Positions 37,275-46,533 of a stretch of 52,891 nucleotides of DNA are shown piece after piece. This DNA is from Akkermansia muciniphila (lineage in GTDB: Bacteria; Verrucomicrobiota; Verrucomicrobiia; Limisphaerales; JADLHS01), in contig CAMCWI010000002.1 of NCBI GenBank assembly GCA_945882065.1, positions 1 to 52,891 of the forward strand, in the 5' to 3' direction. A model generated the notes under the pieces. The model ran no database searches. It saw only the letters and a list, made by a program, of their open reading frames with translations, and was not told the origin of the DNA. The translations under genes and the position numbers were made by a program. How positions within the stretch are numbered: position 1 is the stretch's first letter; each line of letters starts with the position of its first letter.

Positions 37275-40200
37275 TGAAATCTCTCCTGATTTTGGCGGCG
37301 ATATTTTCCGCGCTTGCCGTCAATGCCGCAGGCACGGGTCTCACAGGGGATTACTACACCGCCACCAATTTCACCGGCACGAAGACGAGCCGCGTGGATG
37401 CCACGGTGGACTTTGATTGGGGTGCGAGTTCGCCCGGCTTCGGCGGACTGGGCACGAACAATTTCTCCATTCGTTGGTCGGGCCAGGTTGAGCCGCGTTA
37501 CGACGGGCTTTACAACTTCTACGTTACAGCGGACGACGGCGCGGCACTGTGGGTCAACGACCGTCTGATCGTCTCGCGTTTGCAATCCGCCACGCCGGCG
37601 CAGATGGGCGGTCAGATTTCGCTCCGCGCCAACGAGCGCGTGAATCTCCGGCTCGAATATTTTGAGCGGACCAACAACGCCAGCGTCCGACTCGAATGGG
37701 TCAGCACCAACCAGGCGCGCGAGGTCATTCCGCAGTCGCAGCTTTATCCGACGACCACACCTCCCGAGCGCGGCACAATTTTGCGAGAACACTGGGCGAA
37801 CCTGCCGGGCACAGCGATCACGAACCTGACGAGCAGCACCAACTATCCAAGCAAGCCCGATGGCCGGGAAACATTTTTGAGCTTCGAGTGCCTCCAGCAG
37901 AATTGGGCCACGAATGTCGGCACGCGGATGGCCGGCTACGTCGTGCCGCCGACCAACGGGAGCTACACTTTTGCGGTGGCCGCCAGTGACCGGGCGGAAT
38001 TGTGGATCAGCACCGACGCGAATCCCGCGAACAAACAACTCATCGCTTCCGTCACCAACGCCACCACGTTCCGCAACTGGTCCAATCACGTCTCGCAAGT
38101 CTCCACGGGCCGGACGCTCGTCGCGTGGCAGAAATATTACGTCGAGCTGCTCCACAAGGCGGGCACGAACAACAACCATTATTCCGTCGCGTGGCAGCCG
38201 CCCGGCGCGGCGCAGTTCTCGGTCATTGATGGCAGCTATTTGATTCCGACCGGGCTGACCAACACCCTGCCGTCGCAGGCCAACATCCTCAACACGCTTG
38301 CCACCGCGCATCCGCGCCTCTTCGCCACGGCGGAGCGTTTCAACTGGTTGAAGCAGCAGGTGGCCACCAACGCCAGCGGCCAACCGGCGCAGTGGTATGC
38401 CACGATTTACCAGCAAGCCACGAATCTGTTCACCGCCGCGCCGGTCACTTACCTCCAGGACGAACGTGGAACGATTCTGGCCGAGAGCCGCACAGTGAAA
38501 GACCGGATGTATCAACTGGGCATCGCGTGGAAAATTTCCGGCAACACGAATTTTCCCGAGCGCGCGTGGACGGAGTTGAATGCGGCGGGAAATTTTCCCG
38601 ACTGGCACTCCGACCATTTCCTCGACACCGCCGAGATGACCCACGGCTTCGGCGTGGGTTACGACTGGTTCTACGAGTATTGGACGCCGACGCGGCGGAC
38701 GTTCATCCTCACCAACATCACGACCAAGGGGCTGACCGAGGGGCTGAAGGATTACACCAACAATACTTTTTGGACGCGATCCACCAGCGGCAACTGGAAC
38801 TTGGTTTGCAACGGCGGCCTGACCGTGGGCGCGTTGGCCGTGGGCACGGACGCGGAAACGACGGCGGAACAGATGTTGGCCCGGACCATTCCGTCCGCAG
38901 CGACGGTGATGCCGCATTGGAACGCGGACAACGGCGGTTGGTATGAAGGCATCCAGTATTGGGATTACGGCAGCGAGTATAATGTTCGGATGCTCGCCAG
39001 CTTGCAGTCTGCGCTCGGAACAGATTTTGGCTTGAGCAACACCAACAGTCCGAACAACGCGGGTCTCTTCACGATGTTGCTCGCCAGTGCCAGCAAGCGC
39101 ACCTTCAACTACGGGGATGGCGGCGGCACGGGAATTTCCACCGGCCCGCACATGTTCTGGTGGGCCGGGCGTTTCAATGCGCCCGCTTACAGTTATTTTG
39201 AGCGCACGAATGGTTCGGCCAGTGCCTTGGGCGCGCTGTGGTGGGACGGACGCGGCGGTCTTCCGGCGAGCGAGGACATCGGCACAGATTTCATGTTTCT
39301 CGGACCGACCGGTGTCACGCCTTTCCAATCCCAGCACGTCGGCGTGTTTCGTTCCGCCTGGGGTGACACCAACGAAACGATGCTGTCGTTCAAGGGCGGT
39401 GAAATGGGCGAGGATCACGGCAATCTCGATGCCGGAACTTTTGTTCTCGAAGCGCTCGGCAAACGCTGGGCTTGGGAACTCAGTGCGGACGACTATGCGC
39501 TCCCGGGCTACTTTGATTTGAACCCGGCGTCGGCGACGAATCGTTGGGACTACTATCGGACGCGCGCCGAAGGCCAGAACACACTCGTCATCAATCCCGG
39601 CAACGGCCCGGACACAAAGCTCGGCCAAGTTGCACCCGTGATCACTTTCCAAAGCAAAACCAGCGTCCGATCCCTCGCGGTGATGGATCTCACGCCTGTG
39701 TCAACCAACGTGGTTCGCGCCTGGCGCGGATTGCAATTGTTCGGCCCGCAGCGCAAGCAGGTGTTGATACAAGATGAGATCGCCGGTGGCACGAACGCCA
39801 ACGTCTGGTGGTTCATGCACTATCAGATCAACAGCACGCAGATCGAAATTTCTCCCGACGGCAGCAGCGTGACGATGACTCAGGGCAGCAGCCGGCTTTG
39901 GGGAAAAATTTTGAGCAGCGGCGGCACGTTCGAAGTCATGAGCGCGCTTCCGTTGCCGACGTCGCCGAATCCGGCGGGACAGAGTTCGAATCCGACTTAC
40001 TCGAAGCTCGCAATCCATCTCACCGGCGTCAGCAATACGACCCTCGCCGTGTGGTTCGTGCCGCTCGCGCCTGGAGAAAATCCGCCCGTCGTGCCACCGA
40101 CGCTCACGACGCTGGCCGAGTGGCAGATTCCCGAGAGCGATCCGCCGCTCGCAGCGGACGGCAGCATCACCACGCCGCAAAACACTTCGGTGGATTTGAA

Positions 40201-43200
40201 TCTCACGACGCTCGCCAGCGACACTGTCACGCTCGCGAGCAATCTCGTTTTCTCCGTCACGAGTCCGTCCAACGGCACGGTCACGCTGTTGCCGGATGGC
40301 CGCACCGCGCGCTTCACCCCCGCGACGAATTACTTCGGCACGGGGCAATTTCTTTACACCGTCACCGACGAAGCCACCAATTCCGCCACCGCCGCCGTCG
40401 TCATCTCGGTCTTACCTGCGTTGTGGTATTGGGACACGTTGACCAATGCTGGCTTGCAAGCCGCCAGCGGCAACTGGGACAACGCGAGCGTGAATTGGTC
40501 AACCACCGTCTCCGGCTCGAATCCGCTTTTTGCGTGGCCGTTGCCCGGCAACGATGCGGCGTTCCTCGGCGCGGCGGGCAGTTACACCGTCACGATCAGC
40601 GGCACGCAGAATGTAAACAACATCACCACCGCCAACGGCACATGGACGTTCACCGGCGGCGCGCTGAATCACGCCAACCTCGGCATGACCGTCACTGCCG
40701 ACACCGAGACCACGCTGAATTCTCCGCTCGTGGCCGACACAGATTTCACGAAACTCGGCTCGGCTCGGTTGACGCTCGGCGCGGCGGCAAGTTTTTCGGG
40801 AGATGTCTTTGTGCCGAACGGCACGCTGCGGAGCACCATCAACAACGCGCTGCCTCCGACCGCGTCGTTGACCATTGGTGCGCTTACCACGGCGGGCGCG
40901 CTCGAATTTTCCACCGCCAGCCAGACCTTCAACGACTTCATCGTCAGCAGCACCAACAGCGTGTTGACCAACGTCGTCACCGTGGGCGATGGCCAGACGT
41001 TGAAGCTCACCGGCAGCGTCGCAGTCGGCGTGGACACCGGAGCGTATAGCATCGCGCGGATGCGGATGTCCGGCGGCGGCGAATTGTTGGTCACCAATGC
41101 CGCGCAACATTTCAGCGTCGGCAACGATGTGGCGGTCGCAAGCACCTATGCCTCCAGCGCGTCGCTCGATCTTGCCAAGCTGGGCAATGTCATGCTCGGC
41201 ACAACCGCTTCGCCGCTGGGTGAACTGCGGATCGGTTATGGCAATGGCAATGGCAACGCGTCCATCGTCAGCACGCTCACGCTCTCCGACACCAACAACA
41301 GCATCACGGCGACTACGTTTCAGATCGCGAATTCCCGGACGGCGAATGGCGTCTCTGGAAACTTGTTTCTCGGCGCGGGCAGCAACGTGCTGACGGCGGA
41401 TGTTTTCAACATCGGCTTCTCGAAAGTGAACGGGACGGTGAAGTTTGCATCGCAGTCGCCCGGCAGTCCGGGCACGGTGACCATTCGCGGCAAGAGCGGG
41501 ACGGCAGCGGCCATCTGGATCGGCGACAAGAACGGAACGGGCACGAGCGTGACTCCGACGAGCACGCTGGATTTGCGCGGACACAACGCCACAATCACGG
41601 CGAGCAGTGTGTTCGTCGCCATCGAGGACGGTTCGGGCGCGGGCGGCATGAACGGTTCGCTTTACTTCGATGGCGGCACATTCACGGTGACCAATCTCAC
41701 CATCGGCGATAAGAGCAACACCGGCGCGGGTCTCGCGAATGGCTCTCTGAACATCAGCGGCGGCATTTTTTCAGTTCAACCCGGCGGCCAGTTCACGCTT
41801 GGTTCTCAAGTCAGTGGCGGCACTGCGACAGCAACCCTGAATCTCACCGGCGGAACATTGAACTGCTTCACTGACATTCTCGCTGGCGGCGGTTCGGCCA
41901 CATCCAGCCTCGCGCTGAACGGCGGCACGCTGGACATGAAGGGCAATAACATCACCAGCCTAGACAGCTTCACTTACACCGCTGGCACGCTCACAAACTT
42001 GGGCGTCGTCAACAGTGGCGTGACTTTGGCCGGAAGCGGTTCGCGCGTCTTCGGTCAAGGCATCGGCGTGTCGGGCGTGATTCAGGGTGTTGTCAGTGGA
42101 TCGGGTGTGGGACTCACCAAGACCGGCGCAGGCACACTCACACTCACCGGAACTAATTCCTACACCGGCGCGACCTTGGTCAGCGCGGGCAAACTCGTAG
42201 TCCTTTCCACGAACTCCAGCACCGGCGCGGCGACCGTCAGTGCCAACGCTGTGTTGGGCGCGACCATTTTTGGAGTCAGTCAGTGGAAGCCCGCTTCGCT
42301 TTCTTTGGCGAATCCCTGCACGCTTGAATTCAACAGCCTCGCGAACTCCGGCACAACCACCGCGCCGATTTTGCCGACTGCGGCGGTGGGGGCGGTTGCG
42401 GGTGTGAGCATCAACATCAACAGCATCTCGGGCGCGGTGGTAGTTGGGAACAGTTATCCCTTGCTCGGCAATCAAGGCGGCACTACCAACGGTTACAGTT
42501 TGGGTTCGCAACCGGGTGGCGTCATCGGCCGTCTGGCTTTCAGCGGCACGACGCTCGTTTACGTCGTGGATTCATTGAGTCAATCGGCCGACATCTGGAA
42601 GGGCGCGGACGTCACGAATCCGACTTGGTGGAACATCGCCACCAGCACGAACTGGGCGGGCAACGCATTGGTCAACACGCCTGCGGGCAGCTACGCCAAT
42701 GGCGACAGCGTTTTGTTTGACGACACGGCCACACCGGCTTCACCGGTCACGGTTGGGGTCAGAACTTCGGTGACGCCCGGCAGCGTGGTCTTCTCCAACA
42801 GTGCGAAGGATTACAGCGTCACGAACAACGCAGGCAGCAGCATCGGCGGCAGTGGCAGCTTGACCAAGAGCGGCAGTCGCATGCTGACTCTCTCCGGCGC
42901 GAATAGTTACAGCGGCAACACCACCCACAACTCGGGTATTCTGGTGGCGAATAATAACTCTGCGCTCGGCAACGGCCTGCTGGTGATGAACGGCGGCACG
43001 TTGTCCAACACGGCAAATAACATCGTATTGACCAACGCAGTCAGCCTCGCGCAACCGGCGACAATCGGCGTGCCGTCGTCGGTGACCTTAACCCTCGGTG
43101 GCATCATCACGAACACCGGAACGATCACCAAGGTCGGAGCGGGCACGCTGACGCTGACCAATGCGAACACTTACACTGGTGCGACCATCATTTCCGGCGG

Positions 43201-44647
43201 AGTTCTTTCGCTCAACCACGCGAGTGCTTTGGGTAGCGGGGGCGACGTGACATTCTCCGGCGGTTCATTGTTATACAACGCGAGCTCGGCAGGCATTGAT
43301 CTCTCCAGCCGGATCAAGAACAGCACTTCGCAAATCACTCTTCGGCTCAATGGCCAGAGCGTCACCCACGCGGGTAGCATTGACAGTTCGAGTGTCGCCG
43401 GATTCCAAGTCACCGGCGTCACCACTGGCCTCGGCGGCATGTTGACGTTGTCGGCGGCCAACAACTACGGCGGTAATACCGCGATCGGTAACTCCAGCGG
43501 CGCACAGGACGCCGCGTCCATCACGGTCAGCGGAGCGGGCACGCTGGGTAGTGGGACGATCATCGTCGGACAGACAGGCAACCTGAACGCCAGCCTTCTC
43601 GCACTCACCGCCGTGGCCAGCCTCACCAATCCCATCACGCTTGGCGGACGCACCACGAACAATATCAGCATCCAAAATCTGGCCGGCATCAACACGCTCA
43701 GCGGAACTGTCAGCCTGGCGGCTGGCGGCAGTTTCTATTTGATTCAGTCCGATGCCGGTCTGTTGCAACTGACCGGCAACAGCGGCGGCGGCATCGCGCT
43801 GTCCGCCACTGCCACCGGCAATCGAACGGTCACGCTGCAAGGTATCGGAGATGGCCTCGTCTCCGGCACTATCACCAACGGCAACGCAACCTTGTCATTG
43901 ACCAAAGCCGGAGCGGGCACATGGACGCTTTCCGGCGCGAACACCTACAGCGGCATCACCACCGTCAGCGGCGGCACGTTGCTGGTGAATGGTTCGCTCG
44001 CCGCTGGCAACGTGACGGTCAGCACCAACGCAACATTGGGTGGTTCTGGAAGCATTGGCGGAACGACGACGGTGTTGTCGGGCGGCACAATCAAAGGCGG
44101 CAACGCGAGCGGCTCGAATACTCTGACCGTGGCGAACTCGTTGACCTTGGGTGACACCACCAACGCGGTGACCTCCAGTCAATTCCTGATCGCAGCGGGC
44201 GGAAAAGTTTCTGCCAACTCGCTGACTGTTTCCGGCACGAACATCATCAACATTCTCGACGGCAGCCTGTCGGTCGGAACGAACACGTTGTTCACTTACG
44301 GCGGCGGCTCGATTGGCGGCAGCGGCTTCGCAGGATTCCAATTGGGAACGTTGCCTCCGGGTGTAACGGCGCAATTGTTCAACACCGGCTCGGCGGTTCA
44401 GCTCGTGGTGTTGCCATTGGTGAACACCAATTCTCCCGTGCTGACGAACAGCTACAGCGGCGGAACGCTGACGCTCTCGTGGCCGGCAGATCGTTTGGGC
44501 TGGCGCTTGGAGACGCAGACGAACGCGGCGAACGTCGGCCTCTCGACCAATTGGTCAACGTGGCCCGGTTCAACCAATGTGACGTCGGTGCTTGTCACCA
44601 ACAACCCGGCCAATCCAACAGTGTTCTTCCGGCTCGTTTATCCGTGA
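37271..44647 (+). CDS. 2458-aa secreted multidomain protein: 2x PA14-like, DUF4962/heparinase II/III-like lyase, cadherin/Ig-like, long PATR repeat region, conserved C-terminal module
   Basis: Signal MMKSLLILAAIFSALAVNA. The PA14-like stretch is GLTGDYYTATNFTG...FSIRWSGQVEPRYDGLYNFYVTADDGAALWVND. The lyase part begins HPRLFATAERFNWLKQQ and contains GGEMGEDHGNLDAGTFVLEALGKRWAWELSADDY (heparinase II/III signature context). More than 1400 aa of 'GTLTL(T/S)G.N.Y.G.T' repeats follow. It ends FFRLVYP. Confidence 0.88.
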   Translation: MMKSLLILAAIFSALAVNAAGTGLTGDYYTATNFTGTKTSRVDATVDFDWGASSPGFGGLGTNNFSIRWSGQVEPRYDGLYNFYVTADDGAALWVNDRLIVSRLQSATPAQMGGQISLRANERVNLRLEYFERTNNASVRLEWVSTNQAREVIPQSQLYPTTTPPERGTILREHWANLPGTAITNLTSSTNYPSKPDGRETFLSFECLQQNWATNVGTRMAGYVVPPTNGSYTFAVAASDRAELWISTDANPANKQLIASVTNATTFRNWSNHVSQVSTGRTLVAWQKYYVELLHKAGTNNNHYSVAWQPPGAAQFSVIDGSYLIPTGLTNTLPSQANILNTLATAHPRLFATAERFNWLKQQVATNASGQPAQWYATIYQQATNLFTAAPVTYLQDERGTILAESRTVKDRMYQLGIAWKISGNTNFPERAWTELNAAGNFPDWHSDHFLDTAEMTHGFGVGYDWFYEYWTPTRRTFILTNITTKGLTEGLKDYTNNTFWTRSTSGNWNLVCNGGLTVGALAVGTDAETTAEQMLARTIPSAATVMPHWNADNGGWYEGIQYWDYGSEYNVRMLASLQSALGTDFGLSNTNSPNNAGLFTMLLASASKRTFNYGDGGGTGISTGPHMFWWAGRFNAPAYSYFERTNGSASALGALWWDGRGGLPASEDIGTDFMFLGPTGVTPFQSQHVGVFRSAWGDTNETMLSFKGGEMGEDHGNLDAGTFVLEALGKRWAWELSADDYALPGYFDLNPASATNRWDYYRTRAEGQNTLVINPGNGPDTKLGQVAPVITFQSKTSVRSLAVMDLTPVSTNVVRAWRGLQLFGPQRKQVLIQDEIAGGTNANVWWFMHYQINSTQIEISPDGSSVTMTQGSSRLWGKILSSGGTFEVMSALPLPTSPNPAGQSSNPTYSKLAIHLTGVSNTTLAVWFVPLAPGENPPVVPPTLTTLAEWQIPESDPPLAADGSITTPQNTSVDLNLTTLASDTVTLASNLVFSVTSPSNGTVTLLPDGRTARFTPATNYFGTGQFLYTVTDEATNSATAAVVISVLPALWYWDTLTNAGLQAASGNWDNASVNWSTTVSGSNPLFAWPLPGNDAAFLGAAGSYTVTISGTQNVNNITTANGTWTFTGGALNHANLGMTVTADTETTLNSPLVADTDFTKLGSARLTLGAAASFSGDVFVPNGTLRSTINNALPPTASLTIGALTTAGALEFSTASQTFNDFIVSSTNSVLTNVVTVGDGQTLKLTGSVAVGVDTGAYSIARMRMSGGGELLVTNAAQHFSVGNDVAVASTYASSASLDLAKLGNVMLGTTASPLGELRIGYGNGNGNASIVSTLTLSDTNNSITATTFQIANSRTANGVSGNLFLGAGSNVLTADVFNIGFSKVNGTVKFASQSPGSPGTVTIRGKSGTAAAIWIGDKNGTGTSVTPTSTLDLRGHNATITASSVFVAIEDGSGAGGMNGSLYFDGGTFTVTNLTIGDKSNTGAGLANGSLNISGGIFSVQPGGQFTLGSQVSGGTATATLNLTGGTLNCFTDILAGGGSATSSLALNGGTLDMKGNNITSLDSFTYTAGTLTNLGVVNSGVTLAGSGSRVFGQGIGVSGVIQGVVSGSGVGLTKTGAGTLTLTGTNSYTGATLVSAGKLVVLSTNSSTGAATVSANAVLGATIFGVSQWKPASLSLANPCTLEFNSLANSGTTTAPILPTAAVGAVAGVSININSISGAVVVGNSYPLLGNQGGTTNGYSLGSQPGGVIGRLAFSGTTLVYVVDSLSQSADIWKGADVTNPTWWNIATSTNWAGNALVNTPAGSYANGDSVLFDDTATPASPVTVGVRTSVTPGSVVFSNSAKDYSVTNNAGSSIGGSGSLTKSGSRMLTLSGANSYSGNTTHNSGILVANNNSALGNGLLVMNGGTLSNTANNIVLTNAVSLAQPATIGVPSSVTLTLGGIITNTGTITKVGAGTLTLTNANTYTGATIISGGVLSLNHASALGSGGDVTFSGGSLLYNASSAGIDLSSRIKNSTSQITLRLNGQSVTHAGSIDSSSVAGFQVTGVTTGLGGMLTLSAANNYGGNTAIGNSSGAQDAASITVSGAGTLGSGTIIVGQTGNLNASLLALTAVASLTNPITLGGRTTNNISIQNLAGINTLSGTVSLAAGGSFYLIQSDAGLLQLTGNSGGGIALSATATGNRTVTLQGIGDGLVSGTITNGNATLSLTKAGAGTWTLSGANTYSGITTVSGGTLLVNGSLAAGNVTVSTNATLGGSGSIGGTTTVLSGGTIKGGNASGSNTLTVANSLTLGDTTNAVTSSQFLIAAGGKVSANSLTVSGTNIINILDGSLSVGTNTLFTYGGGSIGGSGFAGFQLGTLPPGVTAQLFNTGSAVQLVVLPLVNTNSPVLTNSYSGGTLTLSWPADRLGWRLETQTNAANVGLSTNWSTWPGSTNVTSVLVTNNPANPTVFFRLVYP
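43970..44647 (+). repeat. Copy 2 of the ~680-bp 3' module shared by the two giant genes
   Basis: See 32521..33207. The protein-level match runs from [10 protein letters not shown]... through [12 protein letters not shown](T/S)[26 protein letters not shown]...[14 protein letters not shown]. Confidence 0.85.
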
Positions 44648-44666
44648 GTAGGCTTCCGGCAGAACT

Positions 44667-46508
44667 ATGAAAAATAAAGCAGGAGCGTGTTTGCAAACAT
44701 CGTCCTCGTCGTCGTTCTCGTCCTCGTCCTCGATTGTTCGTGAGATTCGAGGACGAGAACGAGGACGATTCGTTGGTTCGCAAGTTTTCAAACAGGCTTT
44801 TAGATCATTCTCCCACCTTTTCATTTTGTTGATCGCGGTGCTGCTGACGTCTCAACTTGCTCAGGCTGCCTCAACAAACAGGCCCAACATCATGGTCATT
44901 CTCGCCGATGACTTGGGATTTTCCGACCTCGGCTGTTATGGCGGCGAAATCCGAACGCCCAACATTGATGCACTTGCCGCGAAGGGATTGCGATTCACGC
45001 AGACGTATAATTCCAGCCGCTGCTGTCCATCGCGCGCCAGTTTGCTCACGGGACTTTATCCGCATCAGGCCGGGATTGGAACTATGGCCGGGAAAGATCA
45101 GGGGTTACCCGGCTATCGAGGCCGATTGAGTGACCAAAGCGTGACGTTGGCGGAAGTGTTGCGCCCAGCTGGCTACGCGACGATGGCTTGTGGCAAATGG
45201 CACGTCAACAAACCCGGGCCGACCGAGCGCGGCTTCGATGAGTTCTACGGCTTCGTGAATGGTTACGGGGTCAATTCGTGGGACTCGAACATTATGATCC
45301 GTCTGCCGCAGGGCCGTCCGCAACGCAGCTATTCGCCGGGTGAATTCTACGCCACCACCGCCATCACAGATCACGCGCTGGATTTCATAAGCACCGCGCG
45401 ACAGAAGCGCAAGCCGTGGCTGCTGTATCTCGCCTATCAAGCGCCGCATTTTCCGCTGCAAGCTCCGGCGCGGAACATTGACAGCTACCTCGCGACTTAC
45501 GAGCGCGGCTGGGATGTCCTGCGCGCCGAGCGACTGGAACGGATGAAGAAACTGGGCATCGCGCCCGCGAATGAGCCGTTACCGCCGCGCTCGCCGATTG
45601 ACAATGTCGAAGTCGCCAAGCGCATCGGCTCGATGACGGGCGATGGATGCAATCCGCCCTGGGATTCACTTGATGCAAAACGCCGGGCCGATCTCGCGCG
45701 TCGCATGGCGGCCTATGCGGCCATGGTGGAGGTGATGGATGCCAACATCGGGCGGCTCGTCGCTTCGCTGCGAGAGAAGGGCGACCTCGACAACACGCTG
45801 ATCTTGTTCCTAAGCGACAATGGCGCGTGTGCCGAGTGGGAGTCGTTCGGCTTCGATCTTGACCCGGAGAAATTTCGCAACTCGCGCCCCGGTCAGGGCA
45901 TTGATGTCAACACGCTGGCGGCGACGAATGTCCTGCACGAAGGCAAGGCGCTGGCGGCGATGGGAAATGCGGAGAGCCTGTTCAGCTACGGTTCGGCCTG
46001 GGCGAATTTTTGCAACACGCCGCTCCGGCTCTATAAACATTTCACCCACGAAGGCGGCATCCGCACGCCGATGGTCGTGCATTGGCCCGCGGGCATTGCC
46101 GGGAAAGGCGAGTGGCGGCTACAGGTCGTGCACATCATGGACATCATGGCGACGTGCGTTGAGGCCAGCGGCGCGAAGTATCCCGGCGCGTTTGCGGGTC
46201 ACGACATTTTGCCGACGAGCGGGCAGAGTCTCCTGCCGGCGTTCCGCAACGAACCGGAGACGCCACGCACGCTGGTGTTCGAACACGAAAGCAACGTCGC
46301 GATCCGCGACGGCAACTGGAAGCTGGTGGCTCAAAAAGCTCTCACTCGCGATGGCCTGCAAGCGGACGTGCGCTGGGAACTTTACAATCTTGCTACCGAT
46401 CCGTTCGAGCAGCGCAACCTTGGCGCGGAAAAGCCGGAGTTGGTGGAGCGATTGTCGCGGAAGTTTCTGGATGAAGCGCGCCGCACGAATATTTTCCCCA
46501 AGCCGTGA
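44667..46508 (+). CDS. Arylsulfatase-type (S1 family, formylglycine-dependent) sulfatase
   Basis: PNIMVILADDLGFSDLGCYGG and the CCPSRASLLTG (C-x-P-x-R) motif, with GKWH. The start is assigned to the only upstream ATG (44667). This places the hairpin repeat and ~45 aa ahead of the signal-like FILLIAVLLTSQLAQA. Confidence 0.86.
   Translation: MKNKAGACLQTSSSSSFSSSSSIVREIRGRERGRFVGSQVFKQAFRSFSHLFILLIAVLLTSQLAQAASTNRPNIMVILADDLGFSDLGCYGGEIRTPNIDALAAKGLRFTQTYNSSRCCPSRASLLTGLYPHQAGIGTMAGKDQGLPGYRGRLSDQSVTLAEVLRPAGYATMACGKWHVNKPGPTERGFDEFYGFVNGYGVNSWDSNIMIRLPQGRPQRSYSPGEFYATTAITDHALDFISTARQKRKPWLLYLAYQAPHFPLQAPARNIDSYLATYERGWDVLRAERLERMKKLGIAPANEPLPPRSPIDNVEVAKRIGSMTGDGCNPPWDSLDAKRRADLARRMAAYAAMVEVMDANIGRLVASLREKGDLDNTLILFLSDNGACAEWESFGFDLDPEKFRNSRPGQGIDVNTLAATNVLHEGKALAAMGNAESLFSYGSAWANFCNTPLRLYKHFTHEGGIRTPMVVHWPAGIAGKGEWRLQVVHIMDIMATCVEASGAKYPGAFAGHDILPTSGQSLLPAFRNEPETPRTLVFEHESNVAIRDGNWKLVAQKALTRDGLQADVRWELYNLATDPFEQRNLGAEKPELVERLSRKFLDEARRTNIFPKP
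44712..44768. repeat. Strong hairpin repeat (TCGTCCTCG-type) inside the first 35 codons of the sulfatase ORF
   Basis: TCGTTCTCGTCCTCGTCCTCGA (44712-44733) pairs with TCGAGGACGAGAACGAGGACGA (44747-44768) at 20 of 22 positions plus one G-U. The loop is 13 nt. It translates as SSSSFSSSSSIVREIRGRERGR. Confidence 0.7.
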
Positions 46509-46533
46509 CCGCGCGCTTGGCTAGTTTTGCAAA

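Noticed and set aside
37163-39652. 829-aa ORF on the minus strand
   Set aside because: It is entirely antisense to the 2458-aa gene, which has clear domain content. The product is Arg/Gly/Ala/Pro-rich with no motifs. This is a typical shadow ORF of GC-rich coding DNA. The same reasoning applies to 39701..40348 -, 40499..41584 -, 39808..41049 + and the other ORFs nested in 37271..44647.
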